DNA of 62,594 bases, filler included, from Chiloscyllium plagiosum (GCF_004010195.1; 3 parts of one record of this genome joined end to end with filler, not necessarily neighbours in it), one strand, 5' to 3'. Counted from the whole stretch's first letter, positions 1-14,074 are shown. Translations and numbers: made by a program. The notes: a model not told the origin generated them from the sequence alone.

Positions 1-505
1 AAGTTTGTCCAGCAGGGTAAGATAAAAGGTAGGGAGGAGGGACTTGGGGGAGGGGCGTCGGAAATGTGGTAGGTGGAAAGAGGTCACGGTGAGGGTGATA
101 GGTCAGACTGGGGTGGGGGCGGGGAGGTCGGGAAGAAGATTGCAGGTTAGGAAGGCGGTGCTGAATTTGATGGATTTGACTGAGACAGGCTGGGGGGAGG
201 GGAAATGAGGAAACTGGTGAAATCTGAGTTCATCCCTTGTGGTTGGAGGGTTCCCACCCCAGTCTGACCTATCACCCTCACCTTGACCTCTTTCCACCTA
301 TCACATTTCCGACGCCCCTACCCCAAGTCCCTCCTCCCTACCTTTTATCTTAGCCTGCTGGACAAACTTTCCTCATTCCTGAGGAAGGGCTTATGCCCGT
401 AACGTCGATTCTCCTGTTCCCTGGATGCTGCCTGACCTGCTGCGCTTTTCCAGCAACACATTTCCAGCTCTGATCTCCAGCATCTGCAGACCTCACTTTC
501 TCCTC
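1..505. mobile_element. Penelope-like element (PLE) 3' terminus in inverted (head-to-head) arrangement, with hammerhead-like core
   Basis: 1-~250 is the reverse complement of the same PLE end seen at 42.4-43.0 kb; ~255-505 is the + copy (ccccagtctgacctatcaccctcacc... inverted against 87-116). Core CTGAGGA-A-GGGC-TTAT-GCCC-GTAAC-GTC at 379-406 (GAAA mutated to GTAA). Confidence 0.8.
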
Positions 506-507
506 AT

Positions 508-757
508 AGGTTTAGGGTGAGAAGGGAAAGATATAAAAGAGACCTAAGGGGCAACCTTTTCACACAGAGAGTGGTACGTGTATGGAATGAGCTGCCAGAG
601 GAAGTGGTGGAGTTTGGTCCAATTGTAACATTTAAGAGGCATTTGGATGGGTATATGAATAGGAAGGGTTTGGAGTGATATGGGCTGAGTGCTGGCAGGT
701 GGGACTAGATTGAGTTGGGATATCTGGTCTGTGTAGACGGGTATCTCTATGACTCTA
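508..757 (+). mobile_element. CR1 (HER1-type) LINE 3' end
   Basis: Near-identical to the 3' end of the CR1 at 12720-13008 (taggtttagggtgaga...ctatgactct). Confidence 0.9.
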
Positions 758-971
758 GTGTTATAGAAGGGAAAATAAAAGATAGGTTAGATGAAAGAGT
801 TGTAAATAGTTGTTAGTTAATTATTCTTTGATATACTTTAAGAAATAAAGTTGTTAATGTTTACTTTAAATAGTTCTTGGCCTCTCAAATTTTCACAGAT
901 TACTGCACGGGATAAATCTTTTCTGTGTTGCTGGTTTAAATTAAGCAGGAGAGTTTACCCCGTGTTGTGTC
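758..971 (+). mobile_element. LTR 3' fragment (Gypsy-type, probable)
   Basis: AATAAA at ~844 followed by a U5-like end (gtttaccccgtgttgtgtca) ending in CA; family assigned from memory of shark LTR ends. Confidence 0.45.
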
Positions 972-2367
972 AAATCACAACCTATTAGTTTGGCATCACT
1001 TCATGCTTGTGACAGGTACCTTGCCATTGCTGGGATTGGTTTCTAAAGGGGAACGATCATGGATTTTGGTATAGTAATACTGTTCTCATAAAGTGCACCA
1101 ATCTAAATAATTTTTCACATAGAAAAGGCGGGCAGAGAAAGACTATGCTGACAATTACATCATTAGCTGGGAACGAGCTAAGCAACTCATGTAAATGGGT
1201 CCAACCCCAGGTCTTTGTACAAGTGTTTTGCTTGTTTTGGAATGATAGTTACATGATGAACATTAGGACGGTAGATGTACAATATTATGAGGAGCATAGT
1301 CATAGATTTCAAAAATCTGGCAAAGCAAAACTCAGTTTATGCTCCAACACCATCACTTTACAATTAATTAAAATCCAGAGAAATTTTTCTCCATATCAAA
1401 CTGTAGACTCTTAAATAAAGTGATATTTAGAAATAAAAATTTCACTTGTCTTTCATCACATGAACAAATTCAATGCCGGTTGATATATGCAGTTCAGAAT
1501 ATTCATCCATTGCTGGATTAAATAATTAAATAAGTCATTTGATGTTGCACTTGAATTGGTGGTATTTTACTTAAGATTTTGAAAAATTGCTGCATTGGAA
1601 TTTGTCTCATTCATGTGCTCAGGTGACCGCACAGGACAATACTTTATTCTTTTCCACTTTTTTCATTTTTATAAATTAAGGAAATAAATTGTGTTGGGTT
1701 CTGCTGCTGCATCCATGAACATAAGATTTTAGGGAAGATTTGGCATATACTTTTGGGGTGGTGGTTCATCAGCAAATGTCCTAAAGCCCTCTATTTAAAG
1801 TGATTATTTCAAATCATCCATTTAGTAGATGCTGTCAAATGTTATCCACATTTCTGATATGTTTATGGACCTCCTTGCATCTTTTCCCGGTGTAATTTGT
1901 ATCAAATGTACTCGGTGATAGATTGCGGCAATCTGCAGTTCCATCAGTGTCAGTGTAACTGGGCTAATATTTGAGGGTGATTGCAAACTTTATACATTTG
2001 TCTCCTCTTGCCTTAACGAGCCCCAATAGGTTATGAAACATCAAACCAAAGTCATACATTTACCCGTGACAGCAAAATGGAGATGCAGCATTGAGGAACA
2101 ATGATTGAATCGAATAGAGAAAGTTGTGGAGAAGGTGATGAGTTTAGTTGACAGTGGACTGCATGGTGGCAGCAGTGGTGGAGTAGGGATTGTCGTGTAC
2201 ACTTTGGTTTCAACATTAGAAAAGACAGAGATAACTCTGAATCACACACATTCCTTAGACTACATCCAAATCAAGTACAACCAAAAATATTGAGAAGCTT
2301 TCTGTCCAATGCTCATCAGGACTACAATGCAACAAACTACAGTAAATGCAGTAAAGAATATTTATAA

Positions 2368-2665
2368 CCAAAGAGTCCAGAACCAGGGGCCACAGTCTGA
2401 GGAAAAGAGATTTAGGAGAGCGATAAGTAGAAATTCCTTCACCCAGAGCCTGTGGAGTTCTCCACTACAGAAAGTAGTTTAGGATAAAACATTGAATGTT
2501 TTCAAGAATGAAAGATATCATTGTTCGAGCTAAAGGAATCAAAAGGTATGGAAGAAAGAAGGATCAATATATTGCATTGGATGAACAACCATGAACATAT
2601 CGAATTGTGGAACAGGCTTGAAGGGCCGAATGGCACTATGCAGCTCCTATTTTTTATGTTTCCAC
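2368..2665 (+). mobile_element. Older CR1 LINE 3' end
   Basis: gagtccagaaccaggggccacagtct...ttcacccagag...ttgaagggccgaatggc is similar to the CR1 3' end at 57190-57505. Confidence 0.75.
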
Positions 2666-3913
2666 ATTAAAGATACTTTAAAAAAATGTTATGCCAATTC
2701 ATGCTGCAGAGAAATGGAGTTCTGTTTGATTAGGCTATCATTAACATTGAGATGCAATATAGTTAATTGTCAACCTCTCAGACTAGGCAGGTGTACTCTG
2801 ACTGGCCATTGTGTTCCAGTGGGTATGCAGCAGGGATTGGCAAGTCCAAAATTCTTTTTTTACCAATGAGAAATGTGCAATGTATAAATTCATTTTACCT
2901 ACGTAAATTAGAGTTCTGTACATTAATATGTGTAGTTTCTAGTATGTGCAATGGCATCATGCTACAAGCCTGACTGATAATTATAAATTGCTTTCTGAGG
3001 TAGTTCCTAGCATTGTCTGGATTATTTAATAAATTATGTCCAATAACAAAATGACATCAAATGGTGTTCAGGCTTACAAGCACAGGCTAGGTGAGCATGA
3101 TTGGCCTGCTGGCTGCTGCAAATAGTCAATGGGATGTGTTGTTTGATATGTTCAGTCAGCCTTTACGCTATACTGCCGACACACCTGACATCATACTACC
3201 ACTAAAACTCATAGACCACATTACTCATTTCTTTGCAAGGCAAATATCTTTTTGGCTTGACAGCAGCAGCCTGTTAGTGGAGTAAACAACTCTTGGATTT
3301 ACTGCAAAATATCAGTGTGAGATATCAACCATCACCTGTTCAAATCTTTGAGACATCTTCCCCTTCTACTGTAATCTGAAGTAAATCAAATACTAATAAG
3401 AGACAAAGGTCATGGTTGTTGGCCCTTTCCTGAGTTTTTCAGGTATATAATGAGTCCTGATTTGGCCAGGGTAACTATTATCATGCAAGAAAGTTTTGAC
3501 ATGCTTACGTCATCATCAAACTTACACAGTGAGCAGATGTCATAGCCCCTCTTTATGAGGTTACTAATAAGATTGAGATGTAAAACTCCCCATATATAGA
3601 CCAGTGAGTGTGAGATTTTTGGCAGACAGTAATAGCAAACACATTGGTAGACTTCTTCACTCATATATTGAGGAAAGAGAGACCATTGGATTGCTTCATG
3701 TCAAATATAAGTTTGAATGGAGGATGGAGTTTATTAAGCTGTATAAAGACATTCTTCATGCAGCTACAGATTCAAATATTACAAGATTGTCAGAAAATGG
3801 CTAGCAGTCACTCAATTCAAGATGTGCTTCTCATGATATCTAACAAACTTTTAGTCAAATCGAGGCCGAGAGTCAATTCTGTGGTAATGGCATCTATTTG
3901 GATCCATATAGTG

Positions 3914-4577
3914 TGTGACAATGCTGTTCCTTTAACAAGGTTATGCTGTCCTTGGCTTTTTTTTCAGAGGGGTCATAAAAGTCACAGACTCTGCAACGTC
4001 TAAGTTGAAGGGTTTTAGGGCCAATTTGATTATAGCTAACAGATACTGCCTCAGACAAAAGGCTTTTAAGTTTAAAAAAAACACTTGTACAGTGAAAGGA
4101 GCATGGCTAGTCCTCCCAGCTCAGCCTTTCTCTGGTTTGGTTTGGTTTAGTTTTTCTCTGAAAGCAGTCAGACAGTTTGGAGGCTGCTGGTCAAAGAAAC
4201 AGTTACATGAAAAAAACAGGTCCATGCTGATATCCCTCACTCTGACTTCGCTTCTGGAAGACCCTATGTTTGATTTTATCTTTGGTGCCAAGGGGTGTTT
4301 ACGGGAATTGTTGCAAGTATTTGGAACAGCATCATTAAGTTGGGAGTATCTGCTGGGTTTTCAGATACATTCAGCTATTCAGCGTTCTATGCTCTTTTGT
4401 TTGTAGTAGTTTCATTTGGTAATCTTGCAAATAAATTCTTTTTTTTAAACTAAATGGGTTGACCAGCTGTTTCCCTCCTGGATTATTTGTGTTACACCTG
4501 CTTAAAACAACTAGCAAATTTAGGATCCAGGCCACTTTCTTGAAATGTTTTGAGAGGGTCTGGCCTGGTCCATAATA
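3914..4577 (+). mobile_element. Solo LTR (Gypsy-type)
   Basis: Starts TGTGACA and ends CATAATA (decayed ...AACA); internal AATAAA at ~4430; flanking 4-mers AGTG/GGTG look like an imperfect TSD. Confidence 0.55.
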
Positions 4578-5467
4578 GGTGTCATTGAACCTGAACTCAA
4601 CTGCATGAGTTGCTAAGTTTATAAGTTTGATAATCAGAGATTTAGACACTGTGGCATATCTAAATTGCCATGATATAGCAGTAAAGGTCATTGGCCTCCT
4701 TGCTTAGTACAATGGTATATGAGCTGGCAAAGTGGAAAGAGCACATGGGCGTGCCATTGCTCTAGATATGTAGGTCTTGCATGGCCTCTATGAAAGTGAA
4801 GGAACCCCGCACAGTCTATATGGAAAACTCATTTAAAACTGTTGCAACAGTCCACACCAAATTTTGACCAATTCATATTGTGCTGAGCCAGTCATAGACA
4901 AAACAGGATGTAAAGGGATGTTATGCCTTGGGTAGTACATGCATGTGAGGTGGCAGTGAGCTGTTAGGATAAATATATATTTCCCAGCAGGTTACCATTC
5001 TTGTGCAAGGTGAACAACACCTTTGCAACTTGCCCTCGAGTGTGGCTGTGCAATCGTGCGTGGTTGTAGATCCAATAGATATAAATGTGTATGTCATTGA
5101 GCAGAGCATTTGTGTTGATTATACAGTCATATTTTGTTGAATGACTACTTCTATCCCTTTGTCGGTTTAAATATTTGCCTTGAGATTACATTTAGCTCCT
5201 GGCTACTTGTGTTGCGGATGAAAGTCTGTCATCATGAAAGGTGCTTCACAATATATGTACGCCAGATCTGTTTGGTGTGTTGTCAGGGCCTCAGCAGCCT
5301 TGTTGGACATTGGTTTCTGATGAGTTGGCTGGTAACAAAGATGTTTGAACTCAGTGAATTCCTCTCCCCATTTAATGTGGGGCAAGGGCACACCAAAGTC
5401 AAAACCATGTAAAAGAACAAACTCTCTGTATTCAGAGGGAACATGGTCAGAGAAATTAATCACATTG

Positions 5468-6190
5468 AGTCATAGAGTCATAGAGATGTATTGCATGGAA
5501 ACAGACCCTTTGGTCCAACCCATCCATGCTGTCCAGATATCCTAACCTAATCTAGTCCCATTTGCCAGCATTTGGCCCATTTCCTTCTAAACCCTTCCTA
5601 TTCATATACCCATCCAGATAGAGTCATAGAGTCACAGAGATGTCCAGCATGGAAACAGACCTTTCGGTCCAACTCATCCAGGCCGACTATATATCCCAAC
5701 TGAATCTAGTCCCACCTGCTAGCACCTGGCCCATATCCCTCCAAACCCTTCTGATTCATATCCAGATGCCTTTTTAAGTGTTGCCTTTGTACTAGCCTCC
5801 ACCACTTCCTCTCAGCTCATTCCATACATGTACCACCCTCTGCATGAAAAAGTTGCCCCTTAGGTCTCTTTTTGATTTTTCCCCTCTCACCCTAAATCTA
5901 TGCCCTCTAGTTCTGGACTCCCCGAGCCCAGGGAAAAGCCCTTGTCTATTTATCTTGTCCATGCCCCTCATGATTTTATAAGCCTCTATAAGGTCACACC
6001 TCAGCCTCCGACGTTCCAGGGAAAACAGCCCCAGCCTATTCAACCTCTCCCTACAGCTCAAATCCTCCAACCCTGGCAACCTCCTTGCAAATCTTTTCTG
6101 AACCCTTTTAAGTTACACAACATCTTTCCGATAGGAAGGAAACCAGAACTGCATCCAATATTCCAACAGTAGCCTAACCAATGTCCTTGT
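5468..6190 (-). mobile_element. Two abutting CR1 3' ends (a short copy next to a longer copy)
   Basis: (agagtcat)n tail starts at ~5468 and again at ~5619; ORF 5792-6079 gives MPGLEDLSCRERLNRLGLFSLERRRLR, the CR1 ORF2 C-terminus. Confidence 0.9.
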
Positions 6191-6594
6191 TAAGCAGCAT
6201 TCTTAATTGTGCTACCAATACACTTAATTAACTTTATAATGTGAGTGTGGTTCAAGAGGGTATTGCTTATAGTGCAGTTATCCACAGAGGCAGTATATCT
6301 GCGCAAATGGATTAAATTGAAGAATAAAACAAATTTGTGCAGTTCAGAGAAAGCAGAAAGTAGAGCATGGCAGAGATTAGTAACCCTGTTATATTCTTTT
6401 GCACAAAAGTATGTTTGATTGGGGACTGTGTCTCACTTTATCTCTATCAATTCGCTTGGAAATGAATACTAGTAAGACCTTGGGTCCAATGAACTTGCAG
6501 AGACATTTAATAGATGGTTTACTAGCTTTTAATTTTTCATGTGAGTCTGTAATCCCTAACATGGTTTTTGATGTACATTTGTTTCAGGACTATC

Positions 6595-6702
6595 CAGAGG
6601 AATCTCGGCTAAACACATTAGCCGGCATTTGATAATCTGGAATTCAATTAACCGAATGAGATACTGCCCGCCTGTGTCCTTCAGATAATCGAGGTTCCTC
6701 TG
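6595..6702. mobile_element. MITE, Tc1/mariner (Tigger/pogo-like)
   Basis: Terminal inverted repeats CAGAGGAATCTCG...CGAGGTTCCTCTG; TA immediately 3'; 108 bp, non-coding. Confidence 0.6.
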
Positions 6703-7961
6703 TACATATATATCTGGAAGTACAGAATTAGAACGTATTAGAAACTGCATATACAGTACTAATATACAGGACACAATTTTACATTGGCAAAAGGAAGTCA
6801 TATTGATATTGCACCAGCCCTGCTGTGATCCCATGGTAACACACTGACCAATCAGAATCTACCAGCCTGCTCCAAGAATGAAGATTGACAGTTCTTGGTA
6901 TGTCTCCATGCCAGTGGTGACCCAGCAATCAGAGCTCACTTCTCATACTGTATTAATTGCTGTCCCTTTACAAGACTATTACATATGTTGTACTCCTGAT
7001 GAGTATAAGATGAAAGCGTCAACTTCTTATTTCCTTTTAGCAATGTTTTATTTCTGTACTTTCAAGCAATTATTTTGAATTACAAAATGTACTGAAATCA
7101 TTGGCAGATTCCAAACCTCCAGGTGATTTGATTATATTTCACATCTTGTACATGAGTTTTCATTTTCACAATATTGGTTAAACAGACTTTCTCGCTGGAT
7201 TAAGTAAAACATTGGGACTTCACATTTTAAATCAAGTCACGAGGTACATCTCTTTGCAAATCCTATAAATTTTAATTGCTCAGTTCATCCATACTGCACC
7301 TTTTCTAATGTCTTTATATTTTACTCAATTGCTTTTTATTTAAATTCTAAATTAGTTACACATTTCCATTGAAGATAGTTAATTACATTGTTACTTCCTG
7401 AGTTATTGAAAGCCATCAGTAATTTTTTTTTAACATTCATACATTCTGATACGCTAACTGTAGTAATGGTCCAGTATGGTGGCTATCAATGGGTGTTGGC
7501 AGTAGAGAATGGAGGGATTTGCATTGTCCAACTGCTTACTTTACCAACTGCTTATGTCCACATTCAGATGTCCTTGGAGAAGGAGCACACAGTGTCCNNN
7601 NNNNNNNNNGGTGCATTTGTATCCTCTCTGACACTGTTTTGGTTTAGCTCCCTAAGTTTTCTTTATTTTTGTTGGTTAATGTTCAAATGCCTCTAATGGG
7701 CAATTTTATTTCTAACTTGGTTTAATTAAAAAATATATATAAAATGATAATGTAAATGGTATACTTGGTTCTTGATGTGTATTTCAACCAGTGACGTCTG
7801 GTGACAAACAGGTGCTTGATAATTGAGAATAGCTCAAGGTTGCTGGATGATTTGCAGATGGCTTCACAAGGAATCACCTAGTGAGGCCAATGAAATCACT
7901 GCATGAATTGCCAATTAAATTTGCCATTGAGTGTTAGGGCTTTTATCTAATAGCATAAAGG

Positions 7962-8910
7962 CCATAAGATGTTGGAGCAGAACTAGGCCATTCAGTCCAT
8001 CGAGTCCATCGAGAATTATGCAATTGAATCATCTTTCTCAACCCCATTTTCCTACCTTCTCCCCATAACCCTTGGCCTCTTACTGATTAAGAGCCTATCT
8101 GTTGCTGTCTTAAATTCACTCAATGAATTGGCCTCCACAGCCTTCATCGGCAATGAGTCCCACAGATTCTCCACCCTCTGGCTGAAGAAATTCCTTCTCA
8201 TCTAAGTTCTAAAGGGTCAATTCTTCAATCTGACCCTGTGCCCTCAGGTCCTAGTCTCTCCTAGTAGTGGTAACATCTTCTGCATATCATTCTATCCAGG
8301 ATGGTTGCTATTCTGTAAGTTTCAATCAGATTCCCCCAAAACTCCAGCAAGTACAAACTCATAGTCCTAAACTGATCCTCATTGACAGTCCTTCATTTCT
8401 GGGATCATTGTTGTAAGTTTCTTTCCTCCAAGCCTGGCACATCCTTTCTTAGATATGAGACTGAAAACTGCTTATCATATTCCAAATGCGGTCTGACCAG
8501 AGCCTTATACAACCCGAGCAGCACATCATGTATTCTTGTATTCTAACCCTCTTGAAATAAATACTAAAACTGCATTTGGCTTTCTAACTGTCAACTGAAC
8601 ATGTGTGTGAACCTTAAGAGAATTCTGATCGAGGATTCCTAAGTCCCTTTGTGCTTCAGATTTCCAAACCCTTTCCCCATTTAGAAAATAGCCTGTGCCT
8701 CTACTCTTCCTATCAAAGTGCAGAACCTCACACTTTCCAGGAGTATACTTCATCTGTCACTTCTTTGCCCACTCTCTTAACCTGTCTAAATCCTTCCGCA
8801 GCCTTCCTGCCTCTTCTTCACTACCTGTCTCCTCCTGTCTTTGTGTCATCTGCAAACTTAATAACAATGCCCCCTATTCCTTTGTCCAGATCCTTAATGT
8901 ATAATGTAAA
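7962..8910 (-). mobile_element. CR1 LINE 3' portion (second subfamily)
   Basis: - strand ORF KCEVLHF...QRDLG...ISRGLEYK (8526-8753) and FADDTK-like reverse complement (tttgtgtcatctgcaaac at ~8840). Confidence 0.85.
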
Positions 8911-9780
8911 TAAACACATTTGAAAGAAGGGAATTGCTGTTCCTGCAATTCCAACCAACTTTTTCAGTCAAGTAAAGGAACAATTTAAATTGTGGAAACT
9001 TATTCCTGCAGGAAATAAAGAGTTGTTAGAGATTTTGTAAAAGTTACATTTTTTTGTCATAATTTACCTTTCCGTCGCTTTATTTCTCCATTTCATCTAG
9101 TCATTTTCTTTTCTTTTTTTGTTTGCTTTTCTGGATCTTATTCATCATCATCTTATTCCCTTTTCCATCATTCCTCTGTTTCTTCCTCAATCTTTAGATC
9201 TCATTGATTAAGGAGATAAACGATCGATCCTGTCATTTTACAAGGCTCTAAGATTTTGCATTTCCAGTGGCTTGCACAGCAAGCAACTGAAGCAGATCAG
9301 AATTTGTCTAGTAGATTCCATCAAAGCCTGCACTTTTAACTCACATTACTTGCCTTCTACAACTTAGCTGTAATGTGACTTGATATTGAACGTGTCAGTT
9401 TTTCTTTGTTGTTGCATTAATTTGAAGCTAACCAGCTGAATAATTGAATCGATAAACAGCAAACTTCACTTGGACCAGAAATTGATTCTGCACTGTTTGC
9501 ATTATTATGAATTTTGCAAATGGTTGCATTTTGCTGCAGGGACATTTGGATAGCAATTGTTTCCAAATGGATAATTATTTTCAATTGTTTAAAAATAAGC
9601 AAAAATCTTGCATTTAAAAATAATTTGATTTGATTTGATTTATAATCGCATGTATCTAAATACAGTGAAAAGGTTTGTTTGTGAGCAGGACAGGCAGATC
9701 ATAGCAAACAAAGACAAAAGGATATTCCAAAGCAATTTATACCCAATGAGGTACATTTGAAGTGTAATCATTATTGTAAT

Positions 9781-11100
9781 TGTGATGTAGACTATGTGAT
9801 ATACCTAACATCATTTATTATAAATTTGCATTTTGCTTTTGAGTTAGTAAAGTGGGTTTTCTGTGTATCTGAAGTGAAGAATTGACTTGTAAGTAAGTAT
9901 TTGTGTAGCCATGGTGATTTATTTGAAAGTGGTCTCTAAAAGCCCAGATTTAGAATTCATGGATTTATATGTATATTGGTAAGGTTTTATGAAGGAACAA
10001 GGTAAATAAACTTCAGTTATAAAGTCTGGAAAGATTTTTTAAGCTTAAGAGAATCACTCAGAGTGTGATTTTGTTTTCAGTCTTACTATAGTTTTAAGTA
10101 ATCTTATTAAGTCCTTAGTTGATGATGCTTGTATAGAGCAATGTTTCTTGAGAAGGGAAGGATATAGTGAAGTTAGATTATCTCAGAGTGAAGAATCAAT
10201 GATAGATCCAGACCAGAAGTGTTGGGAAAAAATCCTGAGGTGGTATTTGAAGCTAAGTACATTTAAGCTCAGGTGTACCATAGCTCCAAGAAGAAGCAGT
10301 ACCAGACTATAAGTTAAAGTCATCAGTTAATTAAACCTATTGAGGTGTTACAGACTCTGGTGTGAGCCCTACATGAGTTTTTTTGAGTACTAAACAACTT
10401 GCGTTATTGGGTACCATACTAGAGATGTGTTTGATTACCGCACAAAAGCTGTGGTTCCTCTTTTTAATTTTTAAATGAGTATTTGGGGATTAATGCAATT
10501 TTTTCAGTGCGTTTAATTTGTGTTACAAGTTGATAGTTTGGTCTATTCTATTTTATCTTAAAATTTTTGTTAACAAACTTTTGTTTTACTATGAAAGTAA
10601 AATCTGCAGCATTGTGTACTTAGATTACATTGCAACATTTCTTTGTTAAAACCAAATCAAAACAACTTCAATGCTACCTGAAACAATAACTGCAATGGCT
10701 GCAACATTTTTCCACCTACACTTTACGAATGACCTGCACAGATTGATCCGTACATCATTTTTCAACATTTATCTATTTTTGTCTCAGTTCTTCCCTTTAA
10801 TTTGAGTCTACATGTGTGTTGCATTATTATTTATTCTCTCACTTAGTCACGAATAAACTGGCTCATTTGTTAACTCAAGAATGCCTGGTTAAATTGGTTC
10901 CTTTTAAAACATGAAACCATTTTGTCTGGGAAAAAGGTATCCACAACAGAGGCAAACTTTTGTAAATTAACCTCATTGCAACCAACTGAGGCTGATTTAA
11001 GAAGGCGAGATAGTTAATCCCTCCTCACCTAGGAACTTGACAATCTAGGTTCTCCTGACTGGAACCATAACTTGGGGAACCTCGCCTTGGATATGGTCAC
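9781..11100 (+). mobile_element. Decayed LTR-type sequences with a possible tRNA-Pro PBS remnant
   Basis: Begins TGTGA; AATAAA at ~10852; U5-like end ...cacctaggaacttgaCA at ~11042; then TGGGGAACCTCGCCTTGGAT at 11073, resembling the tRNA-Pro PBS TGGGGGCTCGTCCGGGAT. Confidence 0.35.
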
Positions 11101-11171
11101 AATATATCTTTTGGAGATCGTTTAGATTTTTGTTTGTTTAGCCTGACATGTACATTCCATGTAGACTTTCA

Positions 11172-13008
11172 ATCCCAATAGCTCAGCATATCCTAAAGGC
11201 TTGCTAAGGTCAAAAGGGTAACTAGGGAGAGAATAGGGCCCCTCAAAGATCAGAGAGGCAGCCTTTGTGTGGAGCCACAGGAGATGGGGCAGATACTGAA
11301 CAATAATTTGCATCAGTATTTACCGTGGAAAAGAACATGGAAGACATAGAATGTAGGGAAATAGATGGTAGCATCTTGAAAAATATCCATATTACAGAGG
11401 AGGATGTGCTGGGTATCTTGAAATGCATAAAAGTGGATAAATCCCCAGGAGTTGATCAGGTGTATCCTAGAACTCTGTGGGAAGCTAGAGAAGTGATTGC
11501 TGGGCCTCTTACTGAGATATTTGTATCATCAATAGTCACAGGTGAGGTGCCAGAAAACTGAAGGTTGGCTAACGTGGTGCCACTGTTTAAGCAAGGTGGT
11601 AAGGACAAGCTAGGGAACCATAGACCAGTGAGCATGACATCGGTGGTGGGCAAGTTGGAGGGAATCCTGAGGGACAGGATGTACATGTATTTGGAAAGGC
11701 AAGGACTGATTAGGGATAGTCAACATGGCTTTATGCATGGGAAATCATGACTCACAAACTTGATTGAGTGTTTTGAAAAAGTAACAAAGAGGATTGATGA
11801 GGGCAGTGCAGTAGATGTAATCTATATGGACTTCAGTAAGGCTTTCATAAAGATTCCCCATAGGAGACTGGTTAGCAAGGTTAGATCTCACGGAATACAG
11901 GGAAAACTCACCATTTGGATACAGAACTGGCTCAAAGGTAGAAGACAGAGGGTGGTGGTGGAGGGTTGTTTTTCAGACTGGAGGCCTGTGACCAGTGGAG
12001 TGCCACAAGGATCGGTGCTGAATTCACTTCTTTTGATCATTTATATAAATGATTTGGATGCGAGCATAAGAGGTACAGTTAGTAAGTTTGCAGATGACAC
12101 CAACATTGGAGGTGTAGTGGACAGCAAAGAAGGTTACCTCAGATTACAACAGGATATTGATCAGATGGGCCAATGGGCTAAGATGTGGTCGATAAATTTT
12201 AATTTAGCTAAATGTGAGTTGCTGCATTTTGGGAAAGCAAGTCTTAGAATGACTTATACACTTAATGCTAAGGTCCTCCGGAGTGCTGCTGAACAAAGAG
12301 ACCTTGGAGTGCAGGTTCATAGCGCCTTGAAAGTGGAGTCGCAGGTAGATAGGATAGTGAAGAAGGCATTTGGTATGCTTTCATTTATTGGCCAGAGTAT
12401 TGAGTACAGGAGTTGGGAGGTCATGATTTGGCTGTACAGGACATTGGTTAGGCCACTGTTGGAATATTGCATGCAATTCTGATCTCCTTTCTATCGGAAA
12501 GATGTTGTGAAACTTGAAAGGGTTCAGAAAAGATTTACAAAGATGTTGCCAGGGTTGGAGGATTTGAGCTATAGGGAGAGGCTGAACAGGTTGGGGCTGT
12601 TTTCCCTGGAGCATCGGAGTTTGAAGGGTGACCTTATGGAGGTTTATAAAATCATGAGGGGCATGGATAGGATAAATAGACAAAGTCTCTTCCCTGATGT
12701 GGGGGAGTCCAGAACTAGAGGGCATAGGTTTAGGGTGAGAGGGGAAAGATATAAAACAAACCGAAGGGGCAACGTTTTTACTCAGAGGGTGGTACATGTA
12801 TGGAATAAGCTGCCAGAGGAAGTGGTGAAGTCTGGTACAATTGCAACATTTAAAAGGCATCTGGATGGGTATATGAATAGGAAGGGTTTGGAAGGATATG
12901 CGCCAGGTGCTGGCAGGTGAGACTAGATTGGGTTGGGATATCTGGTCGGCATGGACGAGTTGGACTGAAGGGTCTGTTTCTGTGCTGTACATCTCCATGA
13001 CTCTATGA
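11172..13008 (+). mobile_element. 5'-truncated CR1 (HER1-type) LINE; ORF2 RT pseudogene
   Basis: ORFs 11325-12920 give KSPG.D, RPVSMTSVVGK, QHGF, YMDFSKAF, GVPQGSVL, KFADDT and LGLFSLE, broken by stops; ends in a (ctatgact) tail. Confidence 0.95.
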
Positions 13009-13255
13009 GATACACTCAAGTCTAAAACCATAGCTCTGAATGCTCTTAAATCTTGTAAATTCTGTTTGGAGATCTTCTATACCTTTTTGTGGATATTTTA
13101 ACAATATACCTTTGACCTTTGATCCAGTGCACACCTAATCATTTGCCTCTCTTAAATGAATTAAACTGGGCTTTCAATAGAGAATTGTCTGTTTACTCGC
13201 ACGCTGTGTTCTTGACGTACTTGAAAACACAACAAGGTTGTCTCAATCAGATTTT

Positions 13256-13549
13256 GATTAGATTAGATTAGATTACAGAGTGGAAACAGGCCCTTCGGCC
13301 CAACAAGTCCACACCGACCCGCCGAAGCGAAACCCACCCATACCCCTAACCTAACACTACGGGCAATTTAGTATGGCCAATTCACCTGACTCTGCACATC
13401 TTTGGACTGTGGGAGGAAACCGGAGCACCCGGAGGAAACCCACGCAGACACGAGGAGAACGTGCAGACTCCACACAGTCAGTCGCCTGAGGACGGAATTG
13501 AACCCGGGTCTCTGGCGCTGTGAGGCAGCAGTGCTAACCACTGTGCCAC
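13256..13549 (-). mobile_element. HE1-type tRNA-derived V-SINE
   Basis: - strand head gtggcacagtggttagcactgctgcctcacagcgccagagacccgggttcaattcc (A/B boxes), V-domain gtgggtttcctccgggtgctccggtttcctccc, (taatc)n tail. Confidence 0.9.
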
Positions 13550-13633
13550 AATCAATTCAGCACGATTTAAGACTGTCAACTGTTTAGGTTAACTCGCTTG
13601 CTGGCTAGTTTAAAGCAATAACCTTCATCAGTA

Positions 13634-13857
13634 CTAAGTTGAAAATCACTCAACACTAGGTTATAGTCCAACAGATTTGTTTGGAAGCATGAGCTATCGG
13701 AGCGCCGATCCTTCTTCAGGTAGCTGTTAGCTATCTGACAAAGGAGCTGTGCTCCGAAAGTTTGTGCTTCCAATTAAACCTGTTGGACTATAACCTGGTG
13801 TTGTGCGATTTTTAACTTTGTCCACCCCAGTTCAACACTATCTCCTTCACATCACGG
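13634..13857. mobile_element. Palindromic PLE-terminus mini-element (second family) with two degenerate hammerhead cores
   Basis: Arms 13636-13725 and 13729-13818 are inverted; + core CTGACAA-AGGAGC-TGT-GCTCC-GAAAG at 13735-13760; imperfect TSD ccttcatcagta (13622-13633) / ctttcgtcaata (13858-13869). Confidence 0.7.
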
Positions 13858-14074
13858 CTTTCGTCAATATGATGGTTTTACTGCTGTCCATCATGCCATA
13901 TTCATGATAATGTTCTAATAATGCTCGCCAGGGATTGATTAACTCCATGAGTTAGTTTATTTAAGGTTACATTATAATTTATCAACAGACATTACAGCAA
14001 ACCAACTAATTTATGTATGCACAGTTTGCAAATCCATTGCAGGTGAACTGGCAGGCTGAACCTCAACATTGGTA

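Noticed and set aside
1020..1102. - strand AG...GT bounded segment
   Set aside because: Stops in all three frames, weak splice sites, and no supporting neighbours.
12381..13031. 216-aa - strand ORF (and similar ORFs at 5900-6172 and 61918-62490)
   Set aside because: Antisense frame of the CR1 3' end, recurring in each copy.
13490..13549. tRNA-like A/B boxes (also ~24650-24713, ~29520 and ~35190)
   Set aside because: These are SINE heads attached to SINE bodies, not tRNA genes.
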